64,000 bases of DNA from a virus. The notes under the pieces were generated by a model, which saw nothing but the letters and a program-made list of their open reading frames with translations, was not told where the DNA came from and made no database searches. Where the stretch lies: IMG/VR virus record IMGVR_UViG_3300014502_000005, positions 1 through 64,000 of that record. One strand, written 5' to 3'. The translations under genes were made by a program, and so were the position numbers. The stretch's first letter is position 1; each line of letters opens with the position of its first letter. Shown here in pieces: positions 58,755 through 64,000 of this stretch.

Positions 58755-59216
58755 CTATTCGTAACCTTTTGCATCTAATTGATGTAGTCTTTCTCGATAT
58801 TTGTTTTTTAAATATCCTTTCTTTTGAAAAAACAAATCCCAATTTGCTGTATATTTATGGTCTTCATTATAAGCTTCTCGATGATCAGAATCCCCATGGT
58901 CTAATAGCCTATGTTCCTCTGGAGACATAAGCATGATGTTTTCTTCTTCTATTATAAATAGAGGGTAATTTTTTTTATCTAGTACATGCGCGAACAGCCA
59001 AATAAAAAAAGGTGTATTGTAGTATTTATCTAAAGGCCCTCCGCTTAATTCTGACACGTGAGGCCTAGTATTCCATATTTGGTCAAATAATGCTAATTGG
59101 CCTGTATTCTTAGGAAGGATGACTTTTTTAATTTTAGGCTTCCATTTGTAATGAAACTTACAAATACCATGACTGAAAACAGGATTGCTACAATTTGGAT
59201 GAGTGCAAATTTTCAT
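58755..59216 (-). CDS. HNH-like nuclease with N-terminal zinc finger
   Basis: CTHPNC...C..H; FAHVL...ENI...EEH..D. Confidence 0.6.
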   Translation of the reverse strand: MKICTHPNCSNPVFSHGICKFHYKWKPKIKKVILPKNTGQLALFDQIWNTRPHVSELSGGPLDKYYNTPFFIWLFAHVLDKKNYPLFIIEEENIMLMSPEEHRLLDHGDSDHREAYNEDHKYTANWDLFFQKKGYLKNKYRERLHQLDAKGYE

Positions 59217-59542
59217 TTAATAGCTGGTCTATGATAACAACTATAGGTAGGCATTAAATCTGATCCTAATCTTATTTCATGATATAAGATAGGGCTTATA
59301 TTAGTAATTGTGATGTACTTATCTTTATCTATATTTAATATCCCCCACAAAATACCGTCTGAAGAGATTAAAAAATCGGATATATGTATTGGAGCATCTA
59401 GTTTTATTTTTAATGTATATATCCATTTTACTTCCGGAATTATTTTGAATATTTTACAAACTATACGTTGAATGAAAGTCAAGTTTAATACCTTAACTAT
59501 ACCTTCGGTATTTTGATAAGTTATTTTAAAAATGTTTTCCAT
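59213..59542 (-). CDS. Hypothetical protein
   Basis: 109 aa ORF. Confidence 0.6.
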   Translation of the reverse strand: MENIFKITYQNTEGIVKVLNLTFIQRIVCKIFKIIPEVKWIYTLKIKLDAPIHISDFLISSDGILWGILNIDKDKYITITNISPILYHEIRLGSDLMPTYSCYHRPAIK

Positions 59543-59548
59543 AAATAT

Positions 59549-59839
59549 TTAATTTTTATTTATTGGTTTAAAATTATCAATGTTAATTTTATTTATGTTA
59601 ATCAAATCGTCACTAATCAGTCCTTTTCTAAGTAAAAATTTAACTTTCCATTTAACAACATCTCTTTTAGCTTTACTTAATTTACTTGTCTTATTTTGAA
59701 TCAATTTATATTCCTGAATGACATCGAGAACGTCTTTGTCTATTTCTTGTTTTTGTTCTATTTGTTCCTGTTTTGGTATCAACCAAAATACGGCGAATAT
59801 TACGCCCATTGCCGTTATTAATAGTAGAAACGTCGTCAT
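59549..59839 (-). CDS. Membrane-anchored hypothetical protein
   Basis: N-terminal TM; EYKLIQNKTSKLS..KR motif. Confidence 0.65.
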   Translation of the reverse strand: MTTFLLLITAMGVIFAVFWLIPKQEQIEQKQEIDKDVLDVIQEYKLIQNKTSKLSKAKRDVVKWKVKFLLRKGLISDDLININKINIDNFKPINKN

Positions 59840-59841
59840 AT

Positions 59842-60024
59842 TTATTTTAATAAAATGTTAACTCCTCGTTTTTTTGGGATTACTTTTCCTAGTACTTCTT
59901 CTATTTCTTCGTTTGTAACACATTCGTGCTTGTTACAAAGTCCAACTTTATAATTATTAGTATCTCTAATAATAGTGGCTTTACTTAAGCAATAAGCACA
60001 AAGTTCCTTAGTTATTTCTAGCAT
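59842..60024 (-). CDS. Small Cys/His (zinc-finger-like) protein
   Basis: CAYC...LCNKH. Confidence 0.55.
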   Translation of the reverse strand: MLEITKELCAYCLSKATIIRDTNNYKVGLCNKHECVTNEEIEEVLGKVIPKKRGVNILLK

Positions 60025-60245
60025 TTAAATAAATCTTGTATAGTTACTTTTTCGCTTTCGGGAGCTATCTCCCATTCTAAAAAGTCTTTTTCAGTTACTT
60101 CTACAGGGCAAACAGGACTTAGCCCGTATCTTTTAGTGCTTAGGATAACGCCTGTTTCGAAAAACCCTTTAAATATTCCTATTTTGCCTGTTTTAGGGTC
60201 AATAACCTTGGCGTTATAGGGGTCTTTTAAATCTTTTATTTGCAT
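60018..60245 (-). CDS. Hypothetical protein
   Basis: 75 aa; TAACTTTG promoter at 60257-60264. Confidence 0.6.
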   Translation of the reverse strand: MQIKDLKDPYNAKVIDPKTGKIGIFKGFFETGVILSTKRYGLSPVCPVEVTEKDFLEWEIAPESEKVTIQDLFKC

Positions 60246-60313
60246 TGATTTTTATTCAAAGTTAAATAGTATGTGGGTAATAATAAAATAATAAGATATG
60301 TTGTGCAACACTT

Positions 60314-61597
60314 TTAGAATTTAAGTCCTATTTTTTCTGATTTATCTAGTTCTTCTTGCACTTTATCTAGTATTCTTGTATTAAACACAAGATCATGTCC
60401 TTTAATTTGTTCTACGCATTTAATTATCTTTTTATAACAATCTTCTAGCGAATCTCCAGCAGCGACTATGTCTAACGCTTCTGAAGATTGAGAAGGCTGA
60501 GGAATTAGGTAATACGTTCCTTTAGATTTCATTCCAAAACGAAACTTAACGTTATTTCTTATTTCTTCTGGGAAGTAAATGGGCAAAAAATTTTCTCTGA
60601 GGAAATCTGAATTACCAATTAGGATCACTCCATATTCATGAGTAAATTCAGGTTGAATTAAAATACCTTCTGCCCCAGACCAAATTATTTGGGCTAAGTT
60701 TTTTATCATTATTAATTGTAATGACAAGGGGGGTGCTCCGGCCCTACAGGTCTGATCTATAACGTAAGGGACTTTCTTTTTATCTATCCTAATTTCATTA
60801 GAATAAAAGTTACAATATTGTTTTTCCTTAAAATACCAAGACAAATTATCGGTACATAATTTTATTGGTTTTGGCAATTTAGCGTATTCAAATACTTTTG
60901 CTGCATAACATTGGTCCTTAATCTCGATACCGCTCAATACCTTGTCAGGTATTTGGCCGTCTATAATAATAGTATCTATACCAGTTTCTACAATACAATC
61001 AACAGGAGTTTCTACAATAAATTCTGTTATCTCTTTTATGGCCCCTAGCTCATTTTCAAGATGAGTTAATAACGGTTCTGATAGTTTATAGGTATCGTGC
61101 TTAAAACTCTCAAACAAACCTCTCCAATGGGATATTTTAATATAAAGTTTATCATGTGATTTTAAGTATTCTTTTAATTTAGTTATGCCTTTTATTTTGA
61201 TGGTTTTATTTACAGGCATATTGCTTTTGGTCATTATTCTTTTAGAATCATATCGATCTAATTCTAGCCATTGGCCTTCGCCAGAACCAAACACCCGCTT
61301 ACCCATAGATCGAAGCAATCTTTCTATGTCCGAAAAGTAAAGTTCGGGGAAAATGAAAATATCAACTTTATCGAAATTGTAGTCTGAATTTTTATCTGAA
61401 GTAGAAAATAAGTAATCAATAGAATTTATTTCTTCAAATCCTACGCCAGATAATTCAGGAAATCTATCGGGGAACCCTCCGTAATTCCAAGGTGTAAAAT
61501 AGTAAACTTTTTGGAATAATTTAGATAACGTGATAGCTAATTCTACGAACAGGCCGCAATCACAAACAACGGCTATTTTATTTTTTAAATTTTCCAT
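60314..61597 (-). CDS. ATP-grasp enzyme (PurD/GARS-like fold)
   Basis: VFGSG....LELDR...K, LYIK....RG..ESF, FIVE, GIE.KD, IDQTCR.G.P. Confidence 0.75.
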   Translation of the reverse strand: MENLKNKIAVVCDCGLFVELAITLSKLFQKVYYFTPWNYGGFPDRFPELSGVGFEEINSIDYLFSTSDKNSDYNFDKVDIFIFPELYFSDIERLLRSMGKRVFGSGEGQWLELDRYDSKRIMTKSNMPVNKTIKIKGITKLKEYLKSHDKLYIKISHWRGLFESFKHDTYKLSEPLLTHLENELGAIKEITEFIVETPVDCIVETGIDTIIIDGQIPDKVLSGIEIKDQCYAAKVFEYAKLPKPIKLCTDNLSWYFKEKQYCNFYSNEIRIDKKKVPYVIDQTCRAGAPPLSLQLIMIKNLAQIIWSGAEGILIQPEFTHEYGVILIGNSDFLRENFLPIYFPEEIRNNVKFRFGMKSKGTYYLIPQPSQSSEALDIVAAGDSLEDCYKKIIKCVEQIKGHDLVFNTRILDKVQEELDKSEKIGLKF

Positions 61598-61977
61598 TAT
61601 ATTTCATAATTTTCGTAATAATCACTCCATTCCAATCCCATCTCATAACATAATTGCCTTTCTATATTTTCAGCAAAACGATGTTCTCGACGATATATGC
61701 AATCTGGCTCATTACCTGCATCGTCTGCCTTTCCGCCAACTTCTTGAACCTTTCTATCAAACGCATCTATGTCCTCCTCTTTAATCCCTCTCATATTTGT
61801 CAAGTGTTGTTCTATCATCTCGTGAAGTGCAATTAGCCAAGCATGATCATAAGAGGCTTCATCTTTTAAGTATGCCTTAATTATTATAACATCTTTATTT
61901 ACAAAATAGTAGTCTCCAATGCCGCCATTTCTTATCTCATTAGGATTATTTGTAAATTGTATACGTATTTCTTTCAT
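61597..61977 (-). CDS. Small putative metallohydrolase (HExxE...H motif)
   Basis: GDY...LIALHEMIE...Y.REH.FAE.IER; coupled to the ATP-grasp gene. Confidence 0.6.
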   Translation of the reverse strand: MKEIRIQFTNNPNEIRNGGIGDYYFVNKDVIIIKAYLKDEASYDHAWLIALHEMIEQHLTNMRGIKEEDIDAFDRKVQEVGGKADDAGNEPDCIYRREHRFAENIERQLCYEMGLEWSDYYENYEI

Positions 61978-61996
61978 CTAGCAAAGGTATGTATTT

Positions 61997-62515
61997 TTAT
62001 ATTGGATTTATGCACCCAAAAGTTTCTATCATTATCCTGTCTATAGACCAATGCAAAGTCTGGCCATCTTTATGTAAGTGTAAAAGGTTATTAGTAGGTG
62101 TTTTTTTAGATCCTTTCATTAAGATTGTTTTGCCTGATTTCCTTTTTATCATTCTCGTCATACTTCTTACGTTTCTTAGTGTAGAAACTTGATAATATCC
62201 TTCATAGCCAGGAATATCTTTCCAAGTTTCCTTTAGGATATTTTTTAAGTTTTCTATGTCTTCCGAATCCTTAGCATATAAGCTTGTCATTGCAATAACC
62301 TTTTTTATGGCTGCGTTTACAGAAGTTCGAGTTCTTCCTGCTAATTTTAGCCCTATCTCATCGTTTGACCCAACCTTAAACGCCTTACATAAAAACATTG
62401 CTTTTTGTCGGGCCTGGACTATTTCTCCTTTTTTTGTGGGAATGTTCAGCTCCCCAGGAACCATATTAAAGTATTTTTCAACTTCATTTTGTATTTTATC
62501 TATAGTTACTATCAT
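61997..62515 (-). CDS. DnaA C-terminal-like HTH fused to a NUMOD4 motif
   Basis: TIDKIQNEV..YF...IVQARQ.AMFL...IG...GR..TSV..A; ETWKDIPGYEGYYQVS. Confidence 0.75.
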   Translation of the reverse strand: MIVTIDKIQNEVEKYFNMVPGELNIPTKKGEIVQARQKAMFLCKAFKVGSNDEIGLKLAGRTRTSVNAAIKKVIAMTSLYAKDSEDIENLKNILKETWKDIPGYEGYYQVSTLRNVRSMTRMIKRKSGKTILMKGSKKTPTNNLLHLHKDGQTLHWSIDRIMIETFGCINPI

Positions 62516-62600
62516 AAATTAATATTTAAGTTTTTGATCACAAATCTTTAAAATTTAATCGTGCACAATATTAATATTTAAATAATTATATGTAAAATTT

Positions 62601-62624
62601 TATATATAATAGTTATGTGTAACC
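62601..62624 (+). other. Array-proximal attI-like site TATATATAATA-GTTATGTGTAACC
   Basis: Matches the 57871 site. Confidence 0.55.
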
Positions 62625-63023
62625 TTAAACGGCTACCGTGGATAGTCTTTCCTTAATCTGATTTGAGTTCAATATTTCGTCAAATCTAATAATAGAATCA
62701 ATCATCCATTCATAACCACAAAAACCAGCAGAGTTTTTTCTTCTTTTATTGGCTTCTTTGGCATCAACTTGTTCAATCCTAACATTTGCACCCCAACCAT
62801 CACCAAAGTTATAATAATGGCTTTTACTTGGTGGAGTATTACCAATTTCTCGTCTGGTAAAAAAGCCTTCATAAATCGGACTTGTTTTAGCATCTTCCAT
62901 TATTTTGTCAGCAGTTTTATTGTCGAACTTTCTAATAACAAAATATTTGCGTTCTGCGCCTGTCCATTTACCATTCCAACTACCTACATTTGGCATCGTT
63001 AATTCAAAAGATAATGTTTTCAT
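62625..63023 (-). CDS. Hypothetical protein in gene cassette 3
   Basis: MPNVGSWNGKWTG...GDGWGA...GFCGYEWM; flanked by GTTATGTGTAACC / GGCTACACATAAC. Confidence 0.8.
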   Translation of the reverse strand: MKTLSFELTMPNVGSWNGKWTGAERKYFVIRKFDNKTADKIMEDAKTSPIYEGFFTRREIGNTPPSKSHYYNFGDGWGANVRIEQVDAKEANKRRKNSAGFCGYEWMIDSIIRFDEILNSNQIKERLSTVAV

Positions 63024-63059
63024 TTTTATAGTTTTAAGTTATTGATAATCATAATAAAA

Positions 63060-63201
63060 GGCTACACATAACACGCAATATAGTGCATGTGGGCTGTATC
63101 GGTTATTGAAAGTTTCTACATTCTATTATCGTTTGTGGTGGTTTGATAGGTCGGTGCTATTAATCCCACACGACACCATATTGCCACCGTTAGCGGTTAT
63201 T
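63060..63201 (+). repeat. attC-like recombination site
   Basis: AAC-AC-GCAATATAGTGCATGTGGG ... CCCACACGACACCATATTGC-CACC-GTT. Confidence 0.8.
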
Positions 63202-63561
63202 AAGCCAGCCATACACCAACCTGCGAAATTCTGCATCTGATTGTGTGCATCGTAATTTTTGAACATCTAATTTAGATAAGTCTGGACAATAAGCTGTTAT
63301 TAATGCTTTCCAGCAATCCCTATAAGTTTGAGCCTTTGCATGAAATTTTATAGAATGTTGTTCCAATTTAGCTGTATCTCCAAGTTCATCGTATTTTCGT
63401 TGAAGTCCCTGCCAACTATTAATAAGTTCTTCAACTGCTTTTATTCGCAATTGCTTATTTAGTTCATTTATTTGCTCAGAATAACTAAGTTCAGACGTAT
63501 CACAATTAACATCCGCCTTAATAGGCGTGTACCTTGTATTTTTAAGTTTGTGCGTTCCCAT
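63190..63561 (-). CDS. Hypothetical protein in gene cassette 4
   Basis: Stop TAA within AACCGCTAAC. Confidence 0.7.
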   Translation of the reverse strand: MGTHKLKNTRYTPIKADVNCDTSELSYSEQINELNKQLRIKAVEELINSWQGLQRKYDELGDTAKLEQHSIKFHAKAQTYRDCWKALITAYCPDLSKLDVQKLRCTQSDAEFRRLVYGWLNNR

Positions 63562-63569
63562 AAATTTAA

Positions 63570-63884
63570 TTATTTAAAATATTCACACGTTTTACAAAAG
63601 TTTTTACTCTTAACAAAGCGACTGCACGCAGATTTATATGGCCAATTACAGATTTTTATTTTAGTAATATCTCCATTAAACCTCCAAATCTGCTGCATGT
63701 GGTCAAACCAAATCTGTATATTATCAACAGAATAATTGTTTTTTACGCAATATTCATCTATTTCACTTATAGTTGGTTCTTTATCAGTCATGCCTTCAAT
63801 CCACATCTCATGCGGTTGAGTTCTATATGTTACATTTTCATCTTGTATATTCATAATATTTTGATTTAAAATAAATAATAACAA
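63570..63884 (-). CDS. Hypothetical Cys-rich-tail protein in gene cassette 4
   Basis: C-terminal C...C...CKTC; likely start at MNIQDEN. Confidence 0.65.
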   Translation of the reverse strand: MLLFILNQNIMNIQDENVTYRTQPHEMWIEGMTDKEPTISEIDEYCVKNNYSVDNIQIWFDHMQQIWRFNGDITKIKICNWPYKSACSRFVKSKNFCKTCEYFK

Positions 63885-63980
63885 CCGCTAACACCGTATA
63901 TAAAACATGGCTTGACAGGTTCGTGCTTACTTGAAACATTCGAGCAAAGCCACGTTTCATATACGAACCGTTAGTTGCCA
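63880..63980 (+). repeat. attC-like recombination site (short loop)
   Basis: AAC-AC-CGTATATAAAACATGGCTT ... AAGCCACGTTTCATATACG-AACC-GTT. Confidence 0.8.
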
Positions 63981-64000
63981 TTTAAAGAAACGTATTCATC

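Larger units (their letters stand above)
1..64000. mobile_element. Bacteriophage genome segment (Bacteroidota host, crAss-like/podoviral head-tail module)
   Basis: Syntenic TerL-portal-scaffold-MCP-ring proteins-muzzle-cargo genes; dense small ORFs; TAnnTTTG promoters; no host housekeeping genes. Confidence 0.93.

Noticed and set aside
60314-61597. Annotation as purD
   Set aside because: Only the ATP-grasp fold is recognisable; PurD N-terminal GxGGRE motif absent and no pur context
61997-62515. Annotation as dnaA
   Set aside because: No AAA+ domain; only a domain IV-like region
58366-63980. Hairpins as simple intrinsic terminators
   Set aside because: No U-tracts, long loops, fixed AAC/GTT geometry and cassette-specific complementary ends are not terminator features
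1-64000. Stop-codon reassignment as in some crAss-like phages
   Set aside because: Long genes are intact in code 11, and TAG and TGA both act as stops with tight coupling to the next gene
57871-64000. CRISPR array reading of the repeated hairpins
   Set aside because: Repeats are ~100-140 bp, divergent and separated by whole genes; no cas genes
57871-64000. Integrase or transposase for the cassettes
   Set aside because: No ORF in the window shows tyrosine-recombinase or transposase motifs
1-64000. tRNA/rRNA genes
   Set aside because: No cloverleaf or rRNA signature recognised by eye; tRNAscan-SE/Aragorn would be needed to exclude them

Overview
This AT-rich window is part of a tailed dsDNA phage of a Bacteroidota host. 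Intergenic TAnnTTTG (-7) promoters and the gene order support this: TerS/TerL, portal, scaffold, major capsid, four ring proteins, muzzle, cargo proteins, lysis. The order resembles the Crassvirales-related podoviral head-tail module. The standard genetic code is used and no virion RNA polymerase is visible. Layout: small minus-strand genes and a regulatory gap (1-10 kb); a GroES-like gene and a 10-gene sugar-nucleotide/glycosyltransferase block (11-19.6 kb); packaging and virion genes (19.6-55.5 kb); lysis (55.5-57.8 kb); minus-strand accessory genes (57.9-64 kb). The main find is two arrays of integron-like gene cassettes (57.87-58.75 kb and 62.6-64.0 kb), plus a related element at 1-104. 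Each cassette has its own complementary GTT/AAC ends and attC-like hairpins lie between them. Both arrays start at the same non-hairpin attI-like motif, the genes appear to be on the attC bottom strand, and no integrase is in the window. Other signals: a canonical hammerhead ribozyme (3215-3271, minus), a 14-bp palindrome ATG(T/C)T-N4-AACAT in about 12 copies, a 12-repeat beta-propeller in the muzzle, a candidate structured RNA between terminase and portal, a polyproline micro-ORF in the lysis cassette, and an ATP-grasp/metallohydrolase pair. All calls come from reading the sequence by eye; no searches were run.
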